Shown: one piece after another, positions 1-13,900 of the stretch
Layout of the letters: each line of letters opens with the position of its first letter
Numbering within the stretch: position 1 is the first letter of the stretch
From: Perna viridis
Lineage: Eukaryota
Reading direction: 5' to 3'
DNA: 64,000 nucleotides
Assembly: GCA_037379345.1 (NCBI GenBank)
Contig: CM074511.1
Coordinates: forward strand, 45,452,862-45,516,861
Translations under genes and position numbers: made by a program
The notes under the pieces: model-generated
The model's input: only the letters and a program-made list of their open reading frames with translations
Told to the model about the DNA's origin: nothing
The model's database searches: none

Positions 1-444
1 GGTGACCGCCAGCAACAGCTTTGGATGACAAAAGATAAAGGTAAATATGAAAGTAGAGGATGATTGTGAAGTAAGAGTAAAAGAAATTCTGTGTGGTGTG
101 CTTTCAAACAAATGTCGACCTGATGATCATACATGATATTTAATACTTACTTGAAAGGTGTCATAACATGAGTAAGGACAATTACAAACTACACATCAAA
201 ATTAAAAGAGGCAAAAGGTTTTAGGTAAAGTAGTGTGTGTTCATCGTGACACTATTTCGATACTTGCTTTTTATTTGAAGTTCGAATACATGATTACTCA
301 AAATAAATGGCAAAACAATCTTGCAACTTGAGATATCTGTGGCTTAAATAAAGTCTTGGAAAAACCATGTAACTTGCCTGTATGTAAATGAACAATAATT
401 CCTATGAAATGCATTATATAGTGCTAAGAAAGGGAAATTATTAA

Positions 445-1235
445 GAGATAAGAACATTAATCAAAGGGAACTCAACACAGGGACAACGGCCAGGAGAAGA
501 AAATAGTCACACACAACAAAGAATGTAAAATAGCCAATGTAACACGTACATAGAAACTAAAGTAAATTTACTTCACAAAAAATTGGGAGCATGCAACGGT
601 TGGGTAAGCGTCCTCTGCTTAACAGAAATTGCCCATCAAATGTCGGATCCGGGGTAGACGATAGAGGAAAGGAAAACTATGACACAGTGAACAAATCGGT
701 TTTCATAGTGAGGTGGATACACAATCGGGGTCAACGAGTTCATGGCGGGGACCATAAAACTTTTCCATGTATTAATTTGTAACTTTAATAGTGAAGCAAC
801 TTAATCCTGTTCCAGACTCCCAATTACAAAAAGCCTCTGGCAGAACGTACGAGTTGTACTTGAGGTGCTAAAGGATGAAATATGAAAGAAAAATTGACGA
901 TACGAAATCGCGTTTGTCGTATAGTTTTGTAATAAAGTTTCACTAAGCGTGGGTCAAGATATGAGGTTGACGTCATAGTGTCTGTAGTATCCTTTATCTC
1001 GGTTTCTTTAGGGGTTGATGCGATGTAAACAAATCCACGAATCTAGGATTATTTAAAGACAAAACGTCATCAATATAGCGGAAACTGAGACCAGAGGATA
1101 TAGTTAAACGATTTGCATATACAGCTATGATGCGTTTTTTGTAAAGAAGTTTTCCTGAATGCTATTGTTGACAAAAGAACGCACTTACAGGCGTTTCACA
1201 GAAATCAGTAGAACAAAAAAAAAAACAGGCTAAAG
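445..1235 (-). mobile_element. Penelope-like (Naiad-type) retroelement 3' fragment
   Basis: Diverged match to the RT C-terminus (FRYIDDVLSLNNP, EIKDTTDT, YDKRD) and terminal repeat of the element at 42.6-44.1 kb. Confidence 0.85.
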
Positions 1236-3099
1236 CAATAAGGCAATTATCAGTAAGTCCTAAAATTCAATTTACTTTGGAAAATCATTCATTTCTTCTT
1301 GTGATACAATTTTATCACGATTTGTCAGCATAAAAGAATGGCACACGCTAAGCATTACTTAATTCTGGCAATGAGTGGGAAATTCATATTTACTTCGCTC
1401 AGCTATTCTTTAAGTCATATCCTGGATCCACTCATGGAACAATTGTCATGAATTAAACCTAAGTATAAACGTTCCGGTAAGTTTTCTTAATTACTGTTTT
1501 AAATATGATATACTCCGTGATTGTATGTTGCATTATGTGGAATATTGTTATCATTTAAATGGCCTAACCATGATCCGACTTGCTATAACTGATATGTCCA
1601 TAAAAGGGGGTTCAACCTACATATCTCCATATATAGACAAGACAAATTATGTTTCAGGCGGATAAACTCTAAAGTTTAAATTGTATAATTATGTCAATGA
1701 CACATTTTATCCTTGATGGCATAAAATTTAACAGTATAAGTTCACCTTTTCACTCCTCGAGATTTTACCTTGATGTCGTTTTTCTTAGACAAAAAATCCT
1801 GTCTAGTCATGGCGAAAACAAATAGCCTCTATTTATATGAAAAACAAGAATAATAAGAGTAATAAACATGATTCACTCAGACTAGTCTTTTTGAGTCGTT
1901 TGTTAAGTTTAGTGTCTAAATTCTTCATTTTTGCGCACATCTTGTATGCATTCTACGTAATATGTCATTAAGTATCTGTCCATTCTTTGAATGTCTGAAG
2001 ACAATATATATTTCACATTTTGTATGAATTAGAACTATAAATGTAATATGGGCATTGATATAGAGATACGAAGTCGAAATACCGGTCCTATAATACAAAC
2101 TCACTGTGTACAAACCATAAACGAACAAAATGCTTTCGCCTATGTTGGCTTGAGGGTGCAATATACAGTTACATTAAGGCGTGCTGTTTCGCACACCAAG
2201 TTACCCCTGTCAAATTTTGTAAAAAATTAAAGGTTGAAATTTGGTGGAAATATTGTTTAAATGTAGCCGAGCATGTATACATAAACAAATGTAATATATG
2301 TAATGGTAAACAGGTATAATTTAAATGAAGAATGGTATTCAGAACTTTTCAGTCCCCTGCCGTATTAAGTTCTCTCCTCAGCATCAGATGACTGATTTTC
2401 AATATATCTTATTCCACAAGAACTTTTGGAACTAAAATTGCGAGAGAATGAATCGAAAAGTGTCCTATTATTTTTACCCTTTTCCACCTACTCCATGCAT
2501 GCTCTCATCCTGTGGTTGTGTCTAAGAGCCTGATATTTTATAAAACATAGCATTTGGCTGTTAGTTTTGGAAAGGCTTCCCTGATTTGTACTAAAACGCA
2601 GTAAAATAATTTTCAGTACGTTACCATGGCTACTGAATTTCATAAAAATAATCACTAAATTACTCATAAATGACTTTAACCTCCACACACCAAGGATTTC
2701 AAAAATATGCACTTTTTATGATAATCACTTAAACTTTCTATGCGGACTGCCCCACACAGCTTTATTTCAACAAAATAAGACCAAATTTTCAGATATGACC
2801 TAACTGTACTGTACCACCTGAATTACAAGTAAGCGCCAGTCTTTGCGAATCGTTACGGTACGTTATATACGTGTTGTTATTGTTACAATTTTACTGTGCT
2901 CAATAGTGCACCCTCGGCGCTTCCGAAGAAAATATTAATCAGTTATATTCTTACTCAGTAATCAAAAGATACCAAAATAATCTTAAATTTCGTCAATATT
3001 GTATATTGACCGATGCTGCTCTCTTTTATGTTTCGTTAGTTCGTTAGTTCAGTGCACTCAACGTTTATGTACCGATGTCCTTTATAACGTACTGAAATG

Positions 3100-3131
3100 G
3101 GGTTAACGTACAGTACAGGTTGGGAGAATTT
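3100..3131 (+). promoter_or_regulatory. Conserved upstream bipartite element GGTT-N16-TGGGAGAATTT of GADD45-1
   Basis: Same element with identical spacing at 8165-8196 (gene 2) and 22696-22728 (gene 3), amid otherwise unalignable flanks. Confidence 0.6.
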
Positions 3132-3311
3132 GGTTAAAAACCGTAGTATAAAGCAGAGAATATATGTGTTTTATTCTGCAATTGACACAAATATTTCTTT
3201 CATTATGACATGCAAGTTAAATTCAACAACTTGAAGTTAAAATTCTCCACAGAATTATTTAATAAGCGACAATTTTATTGTTACCATTTTTTGACAATTG
3301 ATATCGACAAG

Positions 3312-3356
3312 CCAATGACATTCCGTAGCTCCGCCCTTTCTTAACTTAGTATATAA
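3312..3356 (+). promoter_or_regulatory. GADD45-1 core promoter (CCAAT, GC box AGCTCCGCCC, TATA)
   Basis: CCAAT 3312, AGCTCCGCCC 3327-3336, TATATAA 3350-3356; GC box plus TATA arrangement shared with genes 2 and 3. Confidence 0.65.
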
Positions 3357-3485
3357 CTACCGATTGTAACATGTTGTGCCATATCCTTCACACTACGTCG
3401 ACGAGAACACGTGGAAATACTTATTAAACTTTATTAGTTGCAAATTTGGATTAAGTGTGATTTAAGTATCCAGTTGTCGTAAAAT

Positions 3486-4469
3486 ATGACTTTCACGGAA
3501 GATATTGCTGTTCTGCTTGATGCTCAACGGTAAGTCTTTTTTATTATTCTTTTTATTAATTTATACTATTTCGAATATATTTCTTTTCAAATCTCATTGA
3601 CGACCTTTGGTCTTTGTTGTAGAGTATAAAACAAAGAAACTGAACAGCTATAGTTCATCGATCAAAATGAATTTGTACAGTTGGCATTACTTTTTATAAC
3701 ATTTTTGTAAAAATTCCTGTGAAATATAGAACTTATGTTTATATAATGCAAGCTGTTCGATTACAGCATATGGAAATTTGTAAAATAAATGATTGGTATT
3801 TTTGTATTGTATATATAGTATGGACATTTGTCTATTTTTCAGAAGCGTCAATAACGTTGGTTTTGCTCTGAAGGAGCTGCTTCAGAGAGCTGACAAGTCA
3901 GACAAGGTGGTTGTTGGTGTCATGGAATGTGTACAAATACTTCAAAGCAACCCAGATGAAGTCAATCTTTGTATCCTTACAGAAACTGGTGACGTCACAG
4001 CACAGATACACCACAAACTGGTGGAAGCTTTCTGTTGGGAGAACGATATCGAGGTCATTAAGGTAATTTGTTATTGTCTGCACATCTATGTACTGAATGA
4101 CTTAAGACTCTTATAACTAAGTTATTCAGTGCATTTAATTTAAATATCACACTTGTTTTTATGAACATGCAAAAAGTAGCTTACTTTTGAGACAAACTTT
4201 TGACTTGACTGCCTTTTATAGTGGGTTTCTTTGTATGTATGTTTGGTGTTGATTTTTTTAGTTCTATAATGTAATTATTTACTTTTCAATTTCAGGTCGA
4301 AAAGAATGCAAAACTGGAGAAGGTCTTGTCTGGGAATGAAAATGTTGGTGACATTGGATGTGTGTTGATACAGAATGCTGAGACAGACAACTTTACAAAC
4401 GAGTTCATGGAAAACTATTATTCCATGATAGCAGGCGTACAGTCTCCTATTATTGACCTTCCAGAGTGA
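3486..4469 (+). CDS. GADD45: GADD45-family protein, paralogue 1 (145 aa, 3 coding exons)
   Basis: Exons 3486-3529, 3843-4062, 4296-4469, all GT-AG with consistent phases. Protein MTFTEDIAVLLDAQR-SVNNVGFALKELLQRA...GVMECVQILQSNPDEVNLCIL...DVTAQIHHKLVEAFCWENDIEVIKV...DIGCVLIQ...PIIDLPE* carries the GADD45 hallmarks (MT(L/F)xE start, D-VxxQIHxxLxxAFCxENDI, CVL, PxIxLPE end; 44-nt first coding exon as in vertebrate GADD45). Predicted 3'UTR intron 4504-4709; AATAAA 5188-5193. Confidence 0.95.
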
Positions 4470-7400
4470 CATAATATCACTAGAAAACTATTGATCTTTC
4501 CAGGTAATTGCAAGATACATTAATATTTTAATGCAAGTTATCTATTAAGATAGGTGCACTAAAATGGTATTTAAATAATTAAATAAACAGTAAATTTGAA
4601 TATTAATAGCTCTTGAACTATCTTGCTACTGTTATACACATAAAGTAGTCATGATTTAACCATAGAGGTTTTTGCACAATATTTACCATATGCATATTTC
4701 TGTTTACAGGGTACCCAAACCTGGAACAAAAGCTCATGATGAAATGATGGCTTGATCATTTTAAAAAAGACAACATTGGATTGTCACCCTGCCAATGGAA
4801 GCTATGGATATCAAAGACTAAAAAAGCCTTCCGTTGGCTTCAGTCAAATTCGACAAAGACACAAAGACATTTACACAGTATCAAAACCCCAAAGGATACA
4901 GCATACAAAGTATCTTGTGTGAACATTTTAGGAGACATTAAGTGATAGTGTGGGATCATAAAATTATTGGATGAGTGGTACCATATTATATAATCTGTTG
5001 TGCAAGCAGTAATCATCATTTGACATTAAGATATAAGCGTAGTTGCAGTGTTTTCCCGTATTTTATTATTGACATCATCTTGTAGGATGTAACTGATTAC
5101 CATGAGACAAAATGATTTCAATTTGTGTGTGCCTACAGACATGTTTCAACTCTCAGTATATGTTCATATCATGTTTTGATAGAGTGCAATAAAGGTATCA
5201 ACATTTATGGAGTTGTGACTTTAATACATCATAGCATATAATTTACTTATCATAGCACATTATAAACTACATCACAGTACACTATGTGTAGAGTGATTCA
5301 ATGTTGGTAAATCGGTTTAAACTTTTTTTTTCAATTCACTCTCCTGATAGAATATTAGATTGGTTTTAAATAATTAGTTATGGCAAGGTAAATTAGGTCA
5401 GAATCCATAAAGTTCTCTTTTTTCTGTTTGTTTACTGTCACTCCGAAACAATATCCGATATCCGGGAAATCTGCATCCGTCATGGGACAGTTAACGGTAA
5501 ACAAGAAAACAAATAACTTAAAGACAAAAACTATTGTCTCTATAAGGAAAATGTTGCTGCATGTTTCTATCGTTCTATAAACAATGCTAATATGGAAGCA
5601 CACTTTTACTGAAAATCTGAATTTTACCATAAAGAGTGGAGAAATAGTTTAAATCAAGAATAGGCTGAAGGAGAATCAGTTTCTCCCTCGGAATCTGCAA
5701 ATGCAAACTGGCAGGAATTTTCTCACTGACCGATGGTTATAGAAGTCGTGTATTTTTAATCGCTGGTTTAAAATGACAGAAAACAATATCTTAAACCGAA
5801 ACGCAATGTGCATGCACGCACGTTGATATTAAGGGCATTTAATTCCTTGAAATGCGAACATTCTTAACATATTTATAAAAGATTTGCGATCTATATTGGG
5901 TAATACTTCGATAACGCTTTCCAGATAGCAGCAACCATAACCAGAAATCATTTGACATTGACATTAACGGAAATATCATTGCCCCTAATCAAAGTTACAA
6001 CGCATTAGTTTATCTGTATGTAATAGCTTGTTCATATACGATGTGAAAAAGAAAACTTTACCAGCTATATGCGACATTTCTGACGTCGTTCTGTTGCAAT
6101 TAAACAACAGTTTATGTTTATGACCTATTGTACATTAACAGCAATGTTTCAAAAGTATAAAAAGTATACTGAATTAACTAATAGAGCATGCGGTAAACGA
6201 AAACCCCTCCAGGACTGGTGTAAATTGTAGTGATCCATGCATCAAACATCTATACACACCTCGTTTGGCAAAGACATGCATGTGGTATATTGAACAGAAC
6301 ATAAAAATCAAAACCGAAAACTGCTAAGTTGCCAAATTTTATATTAACGAGTCATTCAAAAATACATAAGACTAGATTTTCCCAGAAATACTATTCGACG
6401 TATTTTATTTGGGACAGGAAAAAATACTCGTCTAACAAAAAGTTAAGACGAATTAGAAACGAATTACGTAATTTAGAATGGGGAAACGGAAAACTCTGCT
6501 TCTTGGAACTTGCTGCTATATATAGCACGTTAACAGTTAAATGATAATTATAAATTTTGATAACATTGTTCATTTATGCAATGTGAATATTCACTACTTT
6601 ATACTGTTCCGCCCAGGAACAAATTCGGTGCAGATGTTCGGGCTAATATGACACTCATTTAATGGGTGTTGTGTTATGCATCAACAACGCTTATTTGTCT
6701 GCAAAATTTCAAGAAGTTTTAAACACTGGGCATTTATGAACGTTATAAACGGTTTATGTCATTGAAGCCACTGGTTTATACGTCATAAAAATGATGCCGC
6801 ATTAAATGATCGAATAGTTCGCGTAACCCAATAACAGAAAACTTCAGTTTATATATACATTTTGTACCTGCTGTCAGCGGATAGATTCTAATTTAGTTCG
6901 ACTGCAATATTGCAGTCACGTACCCATATTTGCCCAAGACATTAGTTGTAATACCTTAATTTGAATGATTGCTCAGACTGAATTATATTTATGTAAATGA
7001 CACATTTCATGATCACGGTTGTATACTCCTGATTGTACATACTGTATATTTACCTTTATGTCATGTGATTTTACCTTTAATCGTGTCTTTATTTGGAAAA
7101 AGGTTTAAACTAGGACGTATAGATCCGTTGTACATGCCATTCAGAAAAATGCTACGTATTTTTATCTAAAGGTCAACAACAAATGTTTTATGTTTGCAGT
7201 TTAATACATTGACAGTAGAAATAGGTATTTTAACAGTTTACATGTACACTAGCTTGTTTAAAATTTGTACAAGATAAATCTGAACTAAAAATAATACATA
7301 GTATCAGTATGGTTGAAACCCTTGGATTCTAAATTCGGAATCAAAATTCAAGAAATCTTATATACACACCAATTCAGTTATTATCATATAAAAAGCTTCA

Positions 7401-8164
7401 TTTCTGTGACAAAACATTAAAAATTAACAAAGTTACAAGTGCTAACTCTTCATATATATGTAAATATTTATAAGTCCACAGCTTATTTTCTTACGTAAAT
7501 GAATATAACAATTCGTTTTATCCTGAATTGACATTACCTTAAATTCTTCGTTTTCCTTATATTATTCAATTTAAAAATAAGGTTCTAATATTTGAGTTCT
7601 GCTGATTGCTAACAATGATTTATCTTAGTCGGTAGCTTACCCAATGTATATCGGTCTTGAATTATTTTAACTTCACCGAAACTGCACTGATGAACAGTGT
7701 TAAACTCATTCAACCTGTAACAAAAATGCATAAAAGTTTTTAAAAATCTTTTGATGACTTTAACATTTGTCCCAATGCTGCAAGGAGCGTCTGAATAATT
7801 GCCCATTCTATAGCAAAAGGGAAATACGTTCAGCTCGTTTATTTGTAGAATCATAGCTGGGACTGTAAAACTCTTTGGGAAGTACCTTTAGCAACGATTT
7901 CTTAAATGCATTTAAATAATTTAACTCATTCTAAGGATGCTGATCATCCACTTGTACACCAATGATTTTCTTTTTAACGAATTTACATGTTTCAAGTGTC
8001 TTTACTCTTAAATTCTTTATAAATGTTTGATAGTTTATTGATTCACCCTTACAGATTAATGTCTTTCGATTCGTTTAACGAAAGTGGTCCGGTAGATCAG
8101 TACACCTTATGGTTCACCGTACCATTTATTAAAGTGCTAGTACTTTAAATTATGTACCGACGAA

Positions 8165-8196
8165 GGGTTAACGTATCGAGCGGGTTGGGAGAATTT
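8165..8196 (+). promoter_or_regulatory. Conserved upstream bipartite element of GADD45-2
   Basis: GGGTTAACGTA...GGTTGGGAGAATTT, matching 3100-3131. Confidence 0.6.
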
Positions 8197-8378
8197 TGCA
8201 AAATGAAACAAAGAAAAACAAAGAACTTAATGAGAAAAAATGACTGACAATAAATCAAGAATCATTTTCAATACCGCAAATCTGTTTTAATTGTTTTTAC
8301 AGTTTTCTCAAGATGGCATTCAAAAGTAAATTCAGTAATACTCGCCTTTTGTCGATGCTACAATTGTAATATGCATTA

Positions 8379-8408
8379 AGCTCCGCCCATACTCTGCCTT
8401 GGTATATA
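8379..8408 (+). promoter_or_regulatory. GADD45-2 core promoter (GC box + TATA)
   Basis: AGCTCCGCCC 8379-8388, TATATA 8403-8408; downstream ACACGTGGA shared with gene 1. Confidence 0.65.
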
Positions 8409-8569
8409 GTGAACGATCACTCGACGTTTAATAATACCATATTTTAAACGTCGAGTGAAACACGTGGATATACACTTGTGACTTAAACTTAATCTAAAAC
8501 ACGTTGATATATACTTTTGACATAAAATTAATCTAATAGTCTGATTAGTTGTAATTTAGAGAAGGAATA

Positions 8570-9539
8570 ATGACTTTCATGGAGGATATAACTGTTTTTC
8601 TGCCAACTAAAAGGTAAGAACAATGACCATCACACACTTGCCCTCGTAACACTAGTTGATTACATGTTGTAAACCCTTATACTTGCTAAAGTTCAGTCTG
8701 AGCTGTTAAAGAATTCTTAAGAATTTTCTCAATTAGCCTTTGATTTTTTTTTTTCACGTTTTCTTTTTTTAACAGAGCACATATTACTTCATTTTACCTT
8801 TTTATTATACAAAACTGCAACTGCTTCGTTTCAAATAGAAAGAAAGCTTTGTTTCTAATGATACATTTTTTTTTTTGCTTCAGAAACGTCAATAACGTTG
8901 GTTTTGCTCTGAAGGAGCTGCTTCAGAGAGCTGACAAGACGGACAGAGTGGTTGTGGGTGTCATGGAATGTGTACAAATTCTTCATAACAGGCCTGATGA
9001 GGTTAATCTCTGTATCCTGACAGAAACTGATGATGTCACAGCACAGATACACCACAAACTGGTAGAAGCCTTCTGTTGGGAGAACGACATCGTAGTTATA
9101 AAGGTAAATATTTGTACTATTCAATTCACTCTTTTTTTTTGTTTTTTATTTCCTTTTTTGTGAACATGCCAAGACCTTAATACAATCTTGTAAATAGGCT
9201 ACAGTCGAAACATCATAGAAATAGATAATGGCTACCAAGAGTTTCCTCAGATAAATGCAAAATGAAGAGAATTGACCTAGCCTTTAGTCTAGACTAACAA
9301 AATATGTTCTGCTAAGGGGTATATATTCACTGATTATTCTGTTATTCTTTGTTCAGGTCGAGAACAGCAAGAAAATGGACCAAATATTGTCTGGAAAGGG
9401 AACTCATCAAAATATAGGCGAAATTGGATGCATGTTGATACAGACTGCCGAGACAGACAATTGCACTGACGAGTTCATGGAAAATTATAATTCCATGTTA
9501 GCAGGCGTACAATGTCCTATTATTGACCTTCCAGAGTGA
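8570..9539 (+). CDS. GADD45: GADD45-family protein, paralogue 2 (148 aa, 3 coding exons)
   Basis: Exons 8570-8613, 8884-9103, 9357-9539; same structure as and close similarity to paralogue 1 (…DDVTAQIHHKLVEAFCWENDIVVIKV…CPIIDLPE*). Predicted 3'UTR intron 9573-9839; AATAAA 10290-10295. Confidence 0.95.
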
Positions 9540-10349
9540 CAGAATATCCTGGAATACTATTGATCTTTCCAGGTAATTGAGATGCAGTAACTTCCTTTAT
9601 CTAATATATAATCATTGCTTAAAAATGTTTGATAAAACTTGAAAGTACATGTAGATTTAAGTCTTAATGATGAATGTTTCATAATGTAAGATTTATAGGA
9701 GGAAGATTATGCTGCATAATGAACAGGCTTACTTCATTCATTAATCATGTATGTATCCATTAACCGAAAAAAAAACAATATATTGATTTGTGCTTTAAAG
9801 AAAATGTTACAAAGTATAATTATGCAATTCTTAATTCAGGAAACCCAGACCTGGAAATATACTTCACATCTAACTGAGAGAACATAATAGGGAGTTCTTC
9901 TTTTCACCATGGATGCCCTGGTTCAACGAGGGCTTTCATTATGGAACAAAAGTTTGAAGACTGCTGATGGCTTTGGTACCAATTACAAAGAAAAGTTCTT
10001 TCTGGAGTTAAATGGTGATTAACCATAGTTATGAGACATAATGACTAATTATATATGTAGAAGTATCTACATGCACTTTGCTTCAACATGTTTACAGTAT
10101 TAGGAAAGAGCTGAATTGTAGAAATACTGATTATTAAGAACATTATGAATGCAAGATGCACTTCGCCTGTGTTTTTTGCTGAATTATAAGTGTAACATGT
10201 TATCAATGTCAATCATTTAATTCGCATTTTATTTGACAATGTGTAAAATTTGGCTTAGGTCAGATATTGATATTTGAAGGTTATTTGTTAATAAATGATT
10301 TTAGAATTGAAGTATGACTACATTATTATTATTATATTAGTGAATTACA

Positions 10350-10520
10350 TCCCATGCAACATAGTTGCACAGGGTTTAATGTTTTGATGTGTCCGTCGTT
10401 CAGTCCATCTGCCCGTCTGTCTGTCCTCTTTTGTCATTTCAGCTCGAGTCAGACTACTGAACAAAATTTCACGAAACTTAGTTTGTAATTATGCACGTTT
10501 CCTTATTTTTTGACTGTGTT
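10350..10520 (+). mobile_element. Probable non-autonomous Helentron/HINE-like fragment
   Basis: Short hairpin TGCAAC-ATA-GTTGCA followed by a GTCC/GTCT microsatellite-like tract and AAATTTCACGAAACTT, the layout typical of DINE/HINE-like elements. Confidence 0.5.
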
Positions 10521-10759
10521 CTCCCTAGTCGAAGTATGTATATGAAACTATTAAACATGTCAATTCATATGGTTCTACAAAGAGTATGTCTTTTCGTTTT
10601 TGTGTTTGTTTTCATAATATAAACTTTTTATGATAGAATGCTTTGGGAAAAAAGATTTTCTTCCGCAAACACAAAATATACATCACAATGCATTGCCAAG
10701 AAACTCTATATTCTGAAACAGCACAAATATAATGTAAGTTATTTTACTTTAATATATGG

Positions 10760-10915
10760 TATATATAGTGAATATTACATGTCAAAATCAATATCACATG
10801 CCGTATCAACCCGAGACTCCTATATCACACCAAAGGCAACCGGCCCGCGAGTGATGTAGGTCGAGGGTTGATACCACATGTAATACAGATTTTGACAAGT
10901 CAAGTTCATTTATCA
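10760..10915. mobile_element. Palindromic MITE / fold-back element
   Basis: Arms TGTCAAAATC..ACATG..GTATCAACCC..CCTATATCAC and GTGATGTAGG..GGGTTGATAC..CATGT..GATTTTGACA around a ~22-nt spacer. Confidence 0.65.
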
Positions 10916-13900
10916 TATATTTTAACTATACGTAAAGTATTTTTGGCGAAGGGGTACGATGTAGGGTATGCGATATAGGTCTAGAGGTGTGATATAGGGT
11001 TTAAACAATCGCTTATAATACAAATATAAGAAGGTATATATTTAAGCTAAATATAAGATACATGTATTAGGCTGATGTGACTGCTTTCAGACGAATGATG
11101 CATGTATCAGTCCCCAAGGTACAAACGTTGGGTGTCACACTGAAACAACCTAAAGGTACCAGACGACGCACAATTACAGGTAGCACATTAATATACGTAC
11201 GGGACAATTAAAACAAATGGTCTATATAATAAACATTCACATTAATGTCGTCGACGTAAAAAAAAGTACAAAAAAATCCTGACTGTATGCATAAACAAGC
11301 TCTTATTAAGATAAAAAGCCAAATTACATTTTGCAGCCTCCTTTTATCTCGAGGTGATATTTTAAACTTTGTCCCTGACATGAACCGACTAGTGGTTTCG
11401 GAGAAAACTAACAAGTACACCTACATAAGGAAAGGAATAGACGATCAGTTGTAAGTAATAGGAAAATCACTGATGGGCGAAAGATACCGGAAACACACGA
11501 AGTGTTATGATATATCCTTCTACATAATAATATTCTCAAGGACTAAACTTGACACGAAATATGATTAAGAGTGACAAAGGAAACCCCAAAGCACAAAATT
11601 ACAATGAACATGTAAATGGTAACAAAACTGTATAGTTGAATCTCTTGCAACAAATACAGATATTATTGACGTTATTGAAAAATAAGATATAATAGCGCCA
11701 TAATGATATCATTAACTGTTTAAACTTTCCAAGAATGAATCCATTACTACCATGAAACATGTATACGCACAATACATGTATAGAAAGGCAACCAAATATG
11801 ACTTTTTGCAGCGTTGGTAATATATACAACCTGGATTTACATGGGATTAACGAAGACCAAAGAAAATTTAAGAGGAAAAAAATTTCATGCAGATCTCAGA
11901 TCATGCTTATGTGAAGCTATGGTCTTTTAAACCATACCTAGCTTTCATATGTAAAACGTCTTCATATACACGTCCCACGTGACATGTCAAGTACACGATT
12001 TTATGTTGTAGGTAGTGGAGAGAAAAAGTCGCCTGTGTGATTTCAAGTTCTGAAATTGAAAGCTTTTTAATGTTTCTATTACATTTAATGGAACTAATAA
12101 AACCAAAATGAAATATACATCATAACGAAATGATGATTTTCTTTTCATTCAAAAGAAATATGCTCAAGCGGAACCGCCAAATCACGCTTCTTTTTTTTTG
12201 CAAACACAGACCCAGTTAGGAAATTGATCGGTTGTATAACTGCGGGTTTTATTTTATTTTATTTTATTTTTTGTTTTGTTTGTTAATGTACACCTTTTTC
12301 TTCAAGAAAAAGTTTCTCCGTGTTAAAACTTATGCAATACAAATACATGCAGTAACAGTAGTTTTATAACTTTTGTTTATTGTTCTGTTTTCTCGTGTCT
12401 CCATTAGATATGATTTTGATTTATCTGTGTCATATGATCAGTACATGTGGTTTACAAAAAGTTCATTCATAAAAAAGAACAATCACGGAAAACGAGACGT
12501 ACCGGAAACACGCGATTTGTTAGATACTAAATGTACATATTATCATAATCTTTGTTTAAATAGACTACGACAAGTGACATGAAAACTAAACATAGGAAGT
12601 GGTGTCACACGAAAAAGATCACAAACAAGAAATACGGACAAAAGTCTACCAACTCTTTCAGAACTTTAAACCACAGAGACGTCAGATATCTCAAGACAAA
12701 AGTCCGAAGTCTGTTAAAAGCGTCAAGTTTATTAAATTGGTTTCGATGAAGTCATATTCTAAATTGAACTGAGTCTTTTTTATGTAGACATCTTAGACCT
12801 ATGTAAAGTGTAGAAAAGCTATAGAGTTGTAATTTGTATGTGCATTCATCGCGTGAACCAACCTAGCTCTTTATGAACTGAACTTTATTAAGTGCAGTCG
12901 GAGATTGTTAATAACACTTGTGTCATTCTAACAAATATTCTTTAGAAAGCATCAAACGTGCACCGAAGAACTATAAAAAAATATATTTGCTATCGAACTG
13001 AAAGACCGAGTAAATATTCCTTTTGATGACAACAGCAGTTGTCCATTTAATGGTGCGGAAATAAAATGCAGTTGAAAAAGCCAACAGTAGTCGATCCTTC
13101 GTGAAGAAGGTGAATGCGTTTAAAACTGAATCATGAGAAGAGATCGACCTACCAAATATAACTTAATTAGCATTTTGGTCGGTTAATATTATTCAAAACT
13201 TTTTCCTACATGTTTTTCCAGGATAATGTTTCGGGGTAGAACGGTCGGAACTGCAATTTGCACTAAGGGTTATAGTTCTGACAAGTTGGGAGAATCTGAA
13301 CATGTGCATATCAATTGATGGTGATAGCATCAACTATTATTTTTCTTTTCCGATAATTCATACATATGAAAGAACCCATAAAATATTAAAATTTTATGTA
13401 TTACAAAAACCCTTATTCAAATACAAACAAGAAATACAGCCTTGGTATCTTCGTACCATGGTACAACGTGAATGATCAAATCAATTAAATTGCTTAACTG
13501 TGCAGTGTCTAAGTCAACGCATGTTATTATTTTCTCTGCACCTGATGTGGCTTTTGGAGAATAACGGTACACTGATGTATTGTTTTGTATTATTGATGTT
13601 TTGTGTAATTTAGTAATTAAAACTAAAACTATACAGATTGGTCTATGGTTTTATTAGACAGAAACAACCAATAATACGAGTACCTGGGAGGTTTGTTGTT
13701 GACCGCTGGCGGTAATCCAGCATCGTAGGAGAAAAAAAAACTCCAAGGCCGTGGTATTGATATATGTATTTCTTACTATCTACAATGACTTAGGTTAGTG
13801 AACTTAATGAGGCTATAACTGTACAATTGCATATTCAACCTGAAATCAATAGGACATGGTAACTGTTTAGATAACATCGTTTACTAACTGTGTCAGATGT

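Noticed and set aside
4149-4172. p53 response elements in GADD45 introns (GAACATGCAA here, GAACATGCCA at 9162, ACACATGTTT next to GTAAACA at ~37114-37128)
   Set aside because: Only imperfect half-sites; expected by chance in AT-rich DNA.
4467-4744. Stop-codon readthrough or selenocysteine extension of GADD45 (TGA-C in genes 1 and 2; LLIFPG.P.LE-like peptide across the UTR junction)
   Set aside because: The extension is in frame only in gene 1; gene 2 is shifted by 1 nt and stops after 7 codons; gene 3 has TGA-TAA. The peptide similarity is explained by the conserved RNA stem, and no SECIS quartet is present.
7609-7854. ORF with FLKTFMHF resembling YLKSFMHF of the 30-kb relic
   Set aside because: Similarity is limited to about 25 AT-rich nucleotides; the flanks do not align.
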